Below, piece after piece: positions 36,461 through 49,839 of a DNA stretch of 64,000 nt. The notes beneath the pieces are model-generated. The model ran no database searches, was not told the origin of the DNA, and saw only the letters and a program-made list of their open reading frames with translations. Numbering within the stretch: position 1 is the first letter of the stretch; each line of letters begins with the position of its first letter. The stretch is from Lama guanicoe (taxonomy: Eukaryota): NCBI GenBank assembly GCA_013239625.1, contig MU054212.1, positions 1,302,001 to 1,366,000 on the forward strand, given 5' to 3'. The translations under genes and the position numbers were made by a program.

Positions 36461-39400
36461 CTAGAACAACAGAGCAATTACTATATTGTTCCTAGTTATG
36501 TCATACTCTATTCTGAGAAAAGTTTGGCAGACATAGAACATCTGGAAACAATATTTTTTCCAAACTCTTTTCTGAGCTTGTGAACAGGTAGCTATTTTAA
36601 CTTTGTAGATGGAGCGTGTTAAAGATACCATGTCACCCTTATCTACAATTCATGTATGTAGGAACAGAATTGGAAGCTCCGGTTGGATGGAAGAGGGATT
36701 TGGGAGTAACTAAACCTTTGCCCTGCCATTCCCAGGCCTGCCTGACCCAACTGAAAAGTTAAGCAACTTCAGATCACAATGTGCTTCATCAGAAATTACC
36801 CATTGCCTAGTTCAGACTGGATCTACCTAGGCTTTTTTTGTTTGCCTGTTTCAGGACCCTTAGGAGCCCATAACTACCATTCTCCTCCCCACATCCCAAC
36901 AATTCCCTCCAGAGTAAGAGTCCCTCCAGATTACAGTACCTGATGTTTGTGTCCCTGCAGTTTTGTCTTAAGCTTGAAACACCCCAGAATGCATTTCGTG
37001 CACTGCATGTTTTAAAAATACTCCCCTGGTGCCAGCGTGACTTTGAAGTGCTGCAGGAGCGTACTAAAGGCTTATTAAGTCTTATTAAAAGGAGGATTTT
37101 ATGGACTGAGACTTTGGGGAGGGCTTTGGGTAATTACCATTTGGAATGCTGAAAAGTAGGTCACATGTCATCAGGCGAATCCAGACAAACTGTGGAGTTG
37201 GGGGAAATTAACCATCCCCTACACCTACATATTAAGCGCTTTGTAGTTATTATTAACTCCAGACCATCAAGGCTCTGATGTCATTTTTTTTCTCTTTAAA
37301 GCTGTCTAAATTTTTTTTGTCATTTGTGCCACTACACTCAGTTTATTTAAGAACTGAAATAAGTGAATTGGTATATTTTCAGATATTAAATTATTTTTAC
37401 CTAGACTTTATTCTGTGCATGTCCCTCTTTTCCCAGGTGTGTGACACACAGATGTCTAAGCTACTTCTTTCCACCAGTGATTGATTTTGCTGGTCCCCAC
37501 ACAGAAAGTTTAAAAAGGTCCCCTATATTTGTAATTTCTCCACTGCTAGCAATGAACACTGACACTGGGTAACAAGCAAATAGGAAACGTATTGCACAGT
37601 TTCAAAGAAACAGCTGAAAATCTGGCCTGGCAAGGACAGGACTAGGGCATTTCCAGGGATCTGGGTAGGAGGAAGTAGTCCAGTTTTTCCAGGGTGCTAC
37701 CACTGGGAAAGAATATGTTCCAATTATTTTTGTTTTCCTATCCGTTTGTCTTCCTTCAGAAGAGGCAAAATTGAGAGACAGACAGAAAGACAGTGACTTT
37801 TTGTCATATATAGGGCAGGGCACCTTGGCTGACAATCCCCCAAGACTACCTTCCATAGGAGAGGCAACGCACCACTGATGCGCACACATGCACACACACC
37901 TACCCAGGTGCAGTGCTGTTATCAGATGAAGGAATGGATAATAGGCAGCCACAATCTCAAAAATGCCCATTACAGTCTCTCTTGTTTTTCAAACTCTTCC
38001 CTTTATAGATTTTCCCATAAGGCATGGGCTTCTTGGGCAGTAAGTAGTTCCACCTTCAGTTAGCCCTTTGCTTTGTTCATCATGAATATAGCCCTGCTTT
38101 TCCATCCATAGTTGTCTGTGCCTGAAAATTACACCACCCCCTCTTAGAAACCTCAGGAAGTCTGCCTTGCTCATAGCCCCTTCTTAAGGCCTTCCTTATG
38201 CAGCTTGTGATTGTTGGCTCCATGGAAGGTGCAGGGCCGGAACCTAACTAAATGGCACTTTTCTATTGGTCTCACCAAAGGCCTGTAGATAGGCTCTGCC
38301 TGAGTAGTATTCAGCCACCTAGATTCTCTCTGCGTCCATTTGACTATGAAGTATACAAAGCACAGTCTTCAGCCAGCGTGGAAGCAGAAAAGCCTATGGG
38401 GGGAAGTAAAGGCAGAGAGAGGGCAGCAACCACAGGCCGGCAAGGAGCGTAGAAAAGCGGGGCTCAGGAATAACAGCAGCAGGAGCAGAGTGCGGGAGCT
38501 CTGGCGCAGGGAGCAAAGGGCCAGGCTCCCTGCTGAGAAGGCGCTGCCTGGCAGCTGCAGCCTATCTTCAGCCGCGGGGTCAGAGAGGCACAGGCGTTTC
38601 TGATTTTATCTCAGGCAGGGTTGCAGTAAATTCCTATACTTTCCTGATGTAACCTGACTGTTTCTCTTTCCTTGAACCCAGAAAGAGCCTACCTAACACC
38701 ATACCTACTCCCTTCTCACTCTCAGCTCTCTCATTCTTAATCCCAAACAAACCACCTTGTCTGTCCACGTGGCCTTGCTTTTCAACAGCCACCCCTCCCT
38801 TCAAGGTCTCTACAGCTGCCTTCTCTTCTGAAACTTCTAAATCATCTCTTTTCCAGATCCCCACTAACCTCCACTGTCCACTCCTGAGTCACCTGTTAAC
38901 ACCGGATATGCCAGGTCAAGGGCCTCACTCTTGATGAGCAGGCTATTTTAGTCCACTTACTGAAGTCAAAAGATCAAAGTGAGAGGATTTGCTGGGCCAG
39001 TTTGGGGCCTGAATTGGAAGTAGAGATCAGATTCCAGACTCCTGGATCTTAGATTTGGAAGAGGCGGCAGAAATCATCTGGCCCAACTTCAAATGTAAAG
39101 CCAGATTGTCCTCAAGCACATTCTGAAGGGGTATTTGCCCAGACTAAGCCGGGAAGCTTCCTAGACTGGCAGATCACTGCTTCACAGGGTAGTTCAAACC
39201 ACTTTTCCTGACAACATTATGACTATTACAAGTTCCTCTTACTAAGGCAAACACTGGCTCCACATAGCTCTCGCCTGTTAGTCAACAGAAAGCTGAACAG
39301 AATAAATTGAATTAACCTTTCCCAGGCCATTCTAAAAAGTTAAAGACAGCTAACACGAGCTGCCTGGATTCGTCTTTCCTGGGCTTGCTTTCCCAGATGC

Positions 39401-39689
39401 GCCAACCTGTGCTCACGCTCAAGATGGTTGTGGCATTCTGATACATAGTTTGTACTTTTCTCTTTAAAAATTTAGCACCCAGAATTAAACAAATCATATC
39501 TGTTTCTATAAAGCTAAAGAGAGAAGAGAAATTTTACTAAGTCCTATTTTTACAACACTAAACTTTGCCTTTTTTTCATTCTATCTTGACCCCTCCACTG
39601 CCCTCTAGTGGTGGCTGATTTTTTCTCAGCTAAGAGAATTGGAGAGAAGAGACATTGGAGAAAGGAGCAAGGTAGTGCAGCAAAAAAAA

Positions 39690-42600
39690 AAAAGATATAT
39701 GTATATACGAATTCTTGGCCTCGTGAAATTTATAATCTAATTTGGGAGGCAAAGCATACAATGAAAACTAGCAAAAGAGACAAGCCATAACAACACCCAG
39801 TAGTGATAAATAAAATAATTTCTAAGGAATTTGGGAAGACTAGATCAGTGAGGACCAGAATAGAGAAGATGTACAGAAGCGGTGGTATTTACATTCAGCT
39901 TTAGACAGGAAACAGCAGGAAACAGAAAATGAGCCCCTTCAACATAGTCAGTTTGAGAGATGCAGCAAGAAACTGAAAATGTGGGAGTGTATTTTGTGTA
40001 AGAGCTTAGGGTTAGAAACAGATTGATGAATCACCCACAAATATCTATGACATCATATAGGATTACTAATGGAAAGGAGATGGGAGTAAGACTTACCAGA
40101 GCTGAGAATCTGTTATTCACCATTGATTAATTCAGGCATCCATTAGTCAGTAAATACATATTAATTTAGTAAATGACATGACTTTGTGAGTGGATACCTG
40201 TGCAAGGTACTGTTTTAGGCTGAGAGATAAAAGATGACTCATAACAGCCTTGCCTTTAAGAATTTAAGAACATAGTGATGCAGATAAGGCAGTGTAAGAC
40301 TTGTTAATCAGCAGGTATATTGATAGAAAATTGCAAGAACCATAAGAAAAGTTCAGATAAAGGAGGAATAGAGAAAGAAAGTTTTGTTTTCATGCTATGG
40401 CTGTCAGTGAATGCTTTACAGGTAAGATGGCTTTTAAAGTTAAGCCATTAGGATGGATAGGATTTGACCAGGTGGAAATGGTTGGGGAAATGTTATGCAT
40501 TTGAGACAGTACAAGCAAAACTGACCAAGATGGGGTGGGGGACATAGAAGCCAGCACAGAGCCTTACACACTGTATTCCACACTGCACATCCATGGAACT
40601 AAACATGGGCTGCACTCCCAGCACTGCCCAACATCCTTCTGTCCTTCCCTGTTAGAAGTTCTGAGCTGAAGCTGGAGGAGCACGTATTAAAGGAGCCTTC
40701 GAGAGACTCAAGTGGAGGTCACAGGTAGTAGGCTCAGAGCTTAGAGGTGAGGTCTGGACTAGAGAGCTACATTTGTGACCACCTGTGCTGGGGTGACTTG
40801 AAGCATGGGCCTTGCAGGAGATGGCCAGGAGAAAGAAGAACAGAGCAAGAAGAAGAGGGGCCAGGATTGAGCTTTGTTCCCTGCCCTTCACTGCTCTTTC
40901 TTCTCTCCTCAAACCCCTCATCCCACCAGCTCCCCCGCTCACCCTCAGCAGATGACTTTGCCTCCTACTTTACCAGGGAAACAAAGCCATTATATGAGAA
41001 CTCCCGCCTCAAACTTCTTACCACCAAACCAACACGCTTGCCTGCATCTTCTTTTCCTTCTCTCTTACAATGGAAGAGGTTGCCGTCCTGTTTTAAGGCT
41101 GGAGCCTCCACCATGGCTGATCCCCCCTTCTCACCTTTTCAGCAGCTGCACTCCATCAACCCTCCCTCTCTAGCTCTCACAGTGTGCCCGCTGCACAAGG
41201 GCTCTCTAATCCCTGCCATCTTTTAAAAACCCTCCTGCCAGAGAGTGGTACCCTTTCCCTCTCCTCCTTCAGGAGGAAAGCTACTTGGAAGTGGTCTCCA
41301 CCAGCTCACTCCATTCCCTCTGCATTCTCTCCTCTCCTCTCTATACTCAGCTTTTGCTCCCACGGCTCCACTGAAACCGCTCCTGCTGGGGACACCAAAG
41401 GCTTCCATATTGCAAAATCCAATAAGCTGTAACAAGTCCTAACTTTATTTGACCCGTGGCCACATTTTACACCAGTGACCCCTTCCCTCCTCCTGGGAAT
41501 GGTCTTCTCTTAGTCTCCCTGAGCTTCTTCCCTCGAATGTTGCGAGTTCTGCCCTCAACTTTACTTCTGTTCATACTCTTCTTGGGTGAGCTCATGTGGC
41601 CCGGTGGCTTCCTAACCCTCTGCATGCTCAAGTCTCACAGATCTGTAACTCGAGTTCCAACATCTCTCCTGAGCTTCTGACCACCAATTCCAATTCATCA
41701 AACTCAGCAGAACTAAAAAGGCAAATGCTCTTCTCCCCACCCACCCCCTGCAACCTGCTTGCTTCCAGATGTTCTTTCTCAGTCACGAGCACTCTAGTAT
41801 CTCTTCTTGCATCCTCCCCATCCTACCTCCCCCTACACCTAACCCTAATCTCTTCTGACTTTACAATCAGAGGATGCTTCCAAAAGTTCGATCTGATCAA
41901 CTAATTCTCTTGCTTAGGATTCTACTCTGCCTTTTCATTGCTTTGGGATGTAGTCTAAACCCCTAAGCATCATAAGGTGAGCAGTGGGAATGGGAGGGAA
42001 GATGGAGTAACAATAGACAGGGCCGGCAATTACAAGGGAGAGTCCTGGACGATAGGGTTCAATTGCTGCATTAGGAGGGCTGATCTGAAGGTCTTTGAAA
42101 GCCAAGCAGAAGGACTGAGACAATGCAGTAGGAAAAAATAAAACTTTTAAGTATTCCTGAACAAAGTAACACTTGAGGAATATCAGTCTAACAGTGGTAT
42201 ACAAGGGTACACTAGAGCTAGGATGAGAAAAGGATGGAACTAGAACCGGAGTGAGGAAAGGGTGCAGGCTGCAGGGAGAATGTGCTTATCCTTCCAATAA
42301 AACACTACGAGAAAGTGGATATTACTGAGGAAGAATCTAAGATACTCGTGACCCAGTTCCTGGGAGATGTAAAAAAGAGGAAGCAACTGACATATAACCA
42401 GGGCATATAACACATTCTCATACATTTGTTTGTTTACATGTTTACCTCTATCAGACTACAGTCTTCTTGAAGTCAGAAACCTTGTCTTATTTATTTTTAT
42501 ATCTTAATATATAGCCCAGATTATGGCTTGGATCAAGATTTTATAAATATTCCAAAATGACCAACTCAATGAATAAATAAGGGCAGATTCTGTATGAAAC

Positions 42601-42790
42601 CAAGGTAGCTTGAGGAGTTTTGAATTTGGCTGTGAAATGTTGAGTTTAAGATGGCATCTAAAACATCCACTTGTGAACATTTTATAGAAACTTACCAAAA
42701 GAGTTAAGTGCTCAGAAGCTCAGGAGAGAGAAGAGACCTGAAAAGAGGCACACTAGGCAGTCATTGGTGTGAATCACCTCCACAGCCCCC
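39690..42790. mobile_element. Cluster of L2 fragments in both orientations
   Basis: Alternating purine-rich (e.g. 40650-40870) and pyrimidine-rich (40880-41930) L2-like blocks. Confidence 0.6.
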
Positions 42791-43024
42791 CACTGACATG
42801 TGACATCGAACAAACAACCCTGAAGCCTTGGCGGCTTCATATTATAGTGCACTGTGGTCAGGATGGAGGCTCTGCTCTTAATAGCCATTCAGAGGTCCAG
42901 GTTCCTGCCGTGTGAGCACCACCATCGTCAATGCACCAACCAGAGTCACTGCGGGAGAGAGTGAAGAGGATCATCCTGGAGGTTTTATGGATGGGCCTGG
43001 AAGTGGTTTATATCACTCCTCCCA

Positions 43025-43556
43025 CCCGTTTTTGTTCCCTCATTGGCTTCACATCCCAGACTGACTGCCACTCTGGACTATTCACGTGCCTTTTCGATTC
43101 ATTCTCTGCCCTTCTCTATTCTGCTCTGTATCCTGGGAGGCTAGCCTTTAGGGAGGCTAACCATCGTGGCTGTCTGGCTTCCAGCTGGGTTCAAAGAATG
43201 AGGTACCAGCAGGAGAGTGCAAACAGGAAGGGGGAAGAGGTTGAGGTATCGATCACATCATCACCCCCACCCTTTGCCAAGAACTCCTGGCAGTGGCCGC
43301 ATTTTTCTACAGCCACGGCTTCTGTTGGGCAGTCCCTGCTCTATGGCTCTGCTCTTGCTGGCCTCCAATATTGCTGTTCCTTCACTCTTGGGTCTTAACA
43401 GCTTCCTGAGGTTAATAGTTCCTGGCTGCTTCTGTATTCCTTGTGGGGTCTCTTAACTTTGCCCATTCTTCTGTAAATTGTCCCTTTCTTAACCGCCCTT
43501 CAGTCAAATCCGTTGAGTGTGCCACTTGCTTCCTCTCGAAGCCCTAACTGGTACAT
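43025..43556 (+). mobile_element. ERVL LTR (LTR33-like), adjacent to an MLT1-like fragment at ~42810-43020
   Basis: cattctctgcccttctctattctgctctgtatcctgggaggct ... gagtgtgccacttgcttcct...ccctaactggtaca. Confidence 0.7.
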
Positions 43557-44689
43557 TGTTGACTAGCTCACATTCATTCCATTTCAATTACCAATTCACT
43601 CTTTTGTGGGTGATTTAATTAGTTGGTTCCATCAAAAAGAGTACAAGTGGCCACTGTAATTGAAATTCCATTTTAGAACCTCATTCTGAAAGTTTTAAAT
43701 CCACATGTTCTACAGCAAGAGAGAACCATTTCTTTTCATTGGATTCTGGAGATGGTTATGCATGATAACTCTAATCTTCTTCCATTGCCATAGATACCCC
43801 AAAAGTGATCTCAGACACTCTATTTTTCTCTCAGGGGTTTTGTTCTTCCTTTTCCTGTTGGAGACCATTTCCACTTATCATGTACCCAAGGATACAACAT
43901 CATAGATTTTTTTTTAGTAATACTGGATACCATTTTTTGAAAGCCAAGACACATGCTAGGCTTTCCATTACTGAATTAACAACTTTCAAAATAGACATTA
44001 ACATCTTTATTTTATAAGTAAAGAAATTAAGACCTGGAGAAGCCAAATAACTTGTCCAAGATCACATGGTTAGTACATGAGTCAGGATATGAATCAAATA
44101 GTCTACTTTTAAAGCTCATGCCGTTAACGTCTATGCTATCTTGCTAGGGTCCAAATACCCATAAACTGGGTGATGTGCTTAGAAATAAGTGGTGGGTAAT
44201 TTTAAAACTGCAGTAGTGGGAAGGAGAGAGAGAACAAATATATAAATGAGTAGTTGATGGAGAGATTTGCTTGGCATTGTGCAAAGATCACGGTTAACAG
44301 CTATACGGTGGTGGCAAGAATCACTTTAGATAAGCAGTGCAGGTCACAGGAGATGGGAAAGAGGAAAAACTGGTTTCACATACACATTTAGAAAAAGTAG
44401 ATAAGAGGTCTAGAGTTTTGTTCCTACACAGCAGTTGGTGAGCTGTAGATGGGAGCTCCTTAATGGCAGGAACTGTGTGTTACTAATATTGCTATCTCCA
44501 GCAACAATGCTCAACCTTCCACATAGTGAGCAGCAAAAGATACTAAGTTAGACAGCGAAACTTCATACTGTCTTCTGTATGAAATATTGTAGAGCTGTTT
44601 ACTATATGATGTTTATTAATTTTACAGCTCTGTAAACTCTGATAAAATTATCATAATATGTAATAGCAATTTAACATAACACAACCTAT

Positions 44690-44900
44690 AATAATAATAT
44701 TTATTGAATATTTACATGTACGAGGTGATATACTAAGCCATTTACATAGGTTAGGCCATTTCATTTTCACAATAATCCTATGAAATAGATGCTATTATTG
44801 TCAAGACAAGGAAACTGAGGCACAGAACCATTAGGTCACACAGCTAGTCATTGGTAAAGTCAGTATTTGTACCTAAGCATCCTGGCTCTGGAGTCCTTCC
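44690..44900 (-). mobile_element. MIR SINE (another fragment at ~44000-44140)
   Basis: cacaataatcctatgaaatagatgctattatt...ggaaactgaggcacaga...aggtcacacagctagt. Confidence 0.75.
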
Positions 44901-47900
44901 AAAGCACAAAGAAACTATTTCTCTGTTGCAGCTTAAATGTATACCATCCCAAGCTCACAAAATGATGCTCAGCAGTGCCTGGCGAAGGCTCATGAGTCTG
45001 CATCTCTTCAGCACAAATTAGTCAAGAGTAGTTCAGCATGCTACACATAGTTTAAAATAGGTTTTATTGGAAAAGGCAGTTATATCTTTTCCTTTATACT
45101 TTCTTAGCTTTCCTGGAAATGAATTGCATAGGGCATTGCACATAGCACAAAATAGACACTTAATAAATATCTACTGAATTCAACCAAACTAGTAACTTCA
45201 GTAAGAAAAAGTATCAGGAGACATAAAAAAAATGATGGTAGTAAAATACGAAAACAGTAGATAAACATAATCATTACTATCATTTCCTACATACAAATTT
45301 TGCTAGCTTTGGGAAAATGTTTCAAGGAATATTTTCAAGACCAGTGTTTACAATGATCACAATAGTTTTTAAGTCTTTAACTGCAGTAGAGAGCACATTT
45401 ACCTGGAATGCTTTCTTTGAAAGCTTCACAATGATTTCCAAATATACCACGGCCTTTTAATGAGGGGAAAAAGTTATATTCATTAACATTCTTTTCATAT
45501 GTAGGGGAATCCTAGGCCTGGACAATAAAACAGAAGTTCTGAGAAAACATTTTATGATGGCCACTGTACGAAGGAAATTGAAAGACCTGTTTTTTCAGGT
45601 TCTATTTCCTGAAGGTAATAACAATCCAAATTGACAAGGACTAGACTATCTTCTGTACCCATCTGGACAGGGAAAAAATCAGATTTTTAACATTTCACAG
45701 TCTCACAGTGTTCTTTAGTTAGAATGCAAAAGCCCACTCATTCTAGGGCTAGTGGTTTCCCAGTCTCCCAGACCAGACAGCCTAGCACCGGCTGACGTGG
45801 CAGCCCCACAGGGGTTGGAAATGACTGTACCACTAGGGATATGCTTCGGCACCACTTCCTCATGAGATTCCTCAAGAATCTCCTTCTCACTCCCAGATGA
45901 GTCCTTTCCCCAAGCATCTAATTTATGCATCCATTCAACTAATATTTATCAAGTATCTATCATATGATGGGGCTGCTTTTGATATTGGAGACACAGCGAT
46001 GAGTAAGATAATACTGCGTCCTCCGGGAGCTAATACATATGTATCTACATATAGGAGAATACAAATCACACACACACACACATGAAAAGTACATAAAGTA
46101 TATCATTGATGGATACAGATTCATACTTCAAAGAAAATTATACAGGATAATCGGATAAAGTGGGAAAGGAAAGACCATCTCTGTTTGCTGGGAGTTGGCC
46201 TGGCACTCACAGCTAGGCCACAGTGTTCTCTGGTCAAATGTAACAATTTTATGGCACATCAACATGAGATAAGGTCACTCTATGACAGTCATGGAGTAAA
46301 CAAACAAACAAACTACTTTGTAATCGTGTCTAAGCACAGACAAAACCAAGTACACTGTGCAAACCACTACAGTGACCAATGGCCCCTCTCCCAGCTGACA
46401 GGAAAGAATGCTGATTTTTCACCAGCTGCATTAGCCTCACTTCGCTCCTCTTGCCTCCAAGATACAGTTCATTAAGATACTCATTACCATGAAAGTTCTG
46501 GGGAGCAAGGAAAGGATTTCAAGGGAGAAAAGCCACAACAGACTCGTGTATTTTGAATGAGTCCTCTGGCAGATGTGAGGAGGACAACTTGAAGGGGGTC
46601 CAGATGGAATCAGAAAGACTGCAAAGGAGAATATGAGGAATATAAGGGATATTAGGAATCAGAGTCATCAGAACTTGCTGTCTGGGTATGAAGGCAGTGA
46701 AAGAGAGGCGTATGTCTCCCAGGTTTCAAGCTTGGGCAATTATTGATACAGGGTTCAGGGGTTGCCAATTACTGAAATGGGGAAGATAGGAGAAACAGGT
46801 TTAGGGAAAAAGATACTGAGTTGAGTTTTGAACATACTGAGTTTGAGGAAGACATCCAGTAACCAACCATTTGGATAAATGGATGTGGAAATCAGCAGAA
46901 TCTGGCTTAGAGGCCCCTCTTGTATCCAGGTCTATGTTACTACTTACTGACTATTCTTAGCCTCTGCTTAGGCAACTGCTCAAAGTTCATATTAAGTAGT
47001 CTTTATCAACTAAATTGTCTATAAAGTCTTGCTTTCTTCCAATATGTTCTGTAAAATGTAGGCTGTCTATTACACTTGTTGCTTCAGTGATTTTCTCCTC
47101 TTTCCAAAGTGCTTTTTTGCTTATCTTGAGTTTTGGGCTTTATTCAGGGTTCTCCCTATGGGCCACATGCTTATGCATCAGAGAAATAGGGAAGGTTTTG
47201 TTCTGTGCCCTCTAGCAGAGAGAGTAACTTCTGTTTGGAGTCTGAGCTCAAAAGATTTAAAGGCTCTAGCAATGAAGAAATAGAAATTAATAGAAAATTA
47301 TGGTTGTAGTCTGCAGAAGGTAAAATACACTGGGTTGATACATGCGGTAAGAAAAGAGGTACTAATAAATAAAGTGGATATATTATGCTTTATTTAGAAG
47401 GTTAAGTTGTGCTGAACTTTTTTTCTGCTACATTTTAATGTTCCTTAAATGGGCCACAATTTTTCTGCCAATATTTCTTTCTCCATCTGGAGCAATTTCC
47501 TTCCTTCAATTAGCTAACCTCTACCTGTTCTTCTATAACTCAGTTCAAACATTCTCTGGAACAAGAAGCCCAATAAAATTTGGAGAGATGGCTGTTCTTT
47601 GTACTATTAATAGGACTTAATTCTAGTCCATTTAAATATTGATTCATTTTAGTTCCCCCACATCTTAGCTCTTTAAAGGCAATGCATGACATCTAAATCT
47701 GCATCTCCAAAGTTTAGCACAATAAAAACCTAATAAATATCTGTTGAATTAATAAATCCACAAGGCTTATACTAGAATCCCTTCAAAATAATTCAGGTGG
47801 AATTCTTTACGGGTACTCCGGACTTGGAGAAGTGTTTCAAAGGGGAAATAAAACATGCCCATGGATAAGAAACACGGGAGAAAAGATGTAATATTTTGAG

Positions 47901-48349
47901 TTTGTGTGTGTGAAGAAAGCGAGACAAGAGGGAATAAAATGCCTCTCAAATATGACATAAAGTGACTTGATTAAGTGTCTTGAATAAGGTGACTACTGTA
48001 AGTTACAATCAATGTATTGGGGGCAGGTGAGAAAGGACACAAACAGATTGAATTTTTTGGATAGTGAAACAATGACCTTTCTGTTGACTGGCGTTTAACT
48101 ACTGTCTTGCACAAAAGTTGCTCCCAGACAAACTGTCCAAGAAAACCAAAGAAAACTATCACAACACAACAGCGAGTGGGTAAGTTTTTCTGCACGCTTT
48201 CAAAATTGCCTCTGTCCTCTCCTGTTTTTGGTAAATCAAACCCACCGTTGCCCAAATCAGACAAAAGATCTTAAAACACTAAAAACAAAAACAAAACAAA
48301 AAAATCCCCAAACCAAAACCAAACCCTGCCTTGAAATGCAAAGACGAGT

Positions 48350-49225
48350 CCCTTCCTGGGACGCGGCGGGGAACCCGACTCCGGGGGGTTTCCGATGGCG
48401 CTAAGGCTGAGCAGAAGCCCCTAGCCCTGGCGAGTTTCAGGAGCAGAGCCGTCGAGGCCTCCAGCTGGCGCTCGGGGGGAACGGCATTCCCAGAGTGGGG
48501 CCAAGGAGAAAGGGAAGGGCGGGCGCGAGGCCACGGTACGGAACCCCTAGTGCAGGGAGCCCCTCACACCACCTGTCCGCAACCCGGAAACAGATGCGGG
48601 CCGCGCGGCGTGGCGGGGTTGCGGTTCCGGGTCGGCCGCACCGCAGCCCGCGCTCCGCTCGCTGCCGCAGTGCCCCGCCCCCGCGCTCCGGACCTGGGCA
48701 GGCGGTGGCCGCCCGGCGGCTCCCGGGGCCACATGGCTGAGGGGGACGCAGGGAGCGACCAGAGGCAGGTGAGGCCCCGGCGGGGCGCCGACCTCCAGGC
48801 TCGGCTCGGCTCGGCCTCGCCGCCCCAGGACTCCTCCGCCGAGGGGCCCCGCCCCCGGTCCCGCCTGCATCGCCCGGTGCCGGCTGCCGGGCATTCGCTC
48901 CGCCGCGTTTCATTTTCTCGGCGCTTGCTCTCAGCCGATCGCTCTCCGGCCTGCCGCTCCCGAGTGTCGGCGGGCTAGGCCTGCCTCGGAGAGTGTCATC
49001 GTCAACCATCAGCACGCGACTGAGCAGCTCCGGGCCGGAGGCAGAAACCTGGGTTCTGCTCCCCACCTTGTTCCCTCCGGGTCACCTTGGAGAGGCGACT
49101 TAAGAACCCCGTTTCTGCCTTTGCAAAACGGGCAATAATAACACAGACCCTGGAGTCCCCTGAGGGCCCACTATATCTTATTCATCTTGGCGTTGAGCTT
49201 TCCCCTGCGCGTGGCTCACGTGGGC
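48350..49225 (+). promoter_or_regulatory. IMPACT: CpG-island promoter/exon 1 of IMPACT
   Basis: GC/CpG-dense island spanning the ATG exon, with ETS-type sites (ccggaa 48584-48589; ttccgg 48624-48629) and GC boxes. Confidence 0.92.
48733..48768 (+). CDS. IMPACT: IMPACT exon 1 coding part, MAEGDAGSDQRQ
   Basis: gccacATGG start and cag|gtgagg donor. Matches the remembered human IMPACT N-terminus. Confidence 0.96.
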
Positions 49226-49839
49226 GGTCTTAAAGCTTTTCCTACTGGGCTGGAGGATACAATGAGATGATACAAAGTTAAATGTATACTTTGCTTCCCA
49301 TTTTTCCCTTTAGATCCAGGTATTATTTTTTTAACCTGAAACCAAATTAATAATTTCCAAAATGTTTCGAGCGTTTGATTACCAAAGAACAGAAATAACC
49401 ACCCAGCCTCATGCCCAGATTCAAAACAAAAACCACGGAGATCTAGTAGGAATATAGGGCTAATCTGTAGCAACGCGGCTGGTGAGTGGGGGTGGGAGTT
49501 ATCTGTTAAAAAGAGAAGGTGGAGCAGAGAAAACACGTCTGTCCTTTTACTTGTGAAGCTCACTACGGGGTATGACACTGCATATATATTTTGGCTCAGT
49601 AGTGGTCAAAAGCACAGTGATATAGTAGCAAGGCTGGTGCCAGTAATTGCAAGAGTGTCTGGCATCCAGAGAGTAGAACATGGTGACTGGCTGTAAAGAA
49701 TGTGTGGCATCCTTCACACAGTGATCCTTCATCCAAGCTAGTGATGGTAATTGCAAATACCTTATAAAGCTGTAAGGAAAACTCAGGTTTTTAGGGTGTG
49801 CATTCGTTGACTTTTTTCCCTCCCATCAACCTCTTTCAG

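Noticed and set aside
38200..38620. Orphan promoter or 87-aa gene in the intergenic spacer
   Set aside because: Some CpGs, CCAAT and ETS motifs are present, but the reverse strand resembles an old MLT1-type LTR and the ORF lacks splice or domain support. A regulatory role is not excluded.
40652..41904. Cluster of 65-159 aa ORFs
   Set aside because: They lie in degenerate L2 sequence and give low-complexity Ser/Pro/Leu-rich translations.
48331..49066. 215-aa and 209-aa ORFs
   Set aside because: CpG-island artefacts. Only MAEGDAGSDQRQ (48733-48768) is supported as IMPACT coding sequence.
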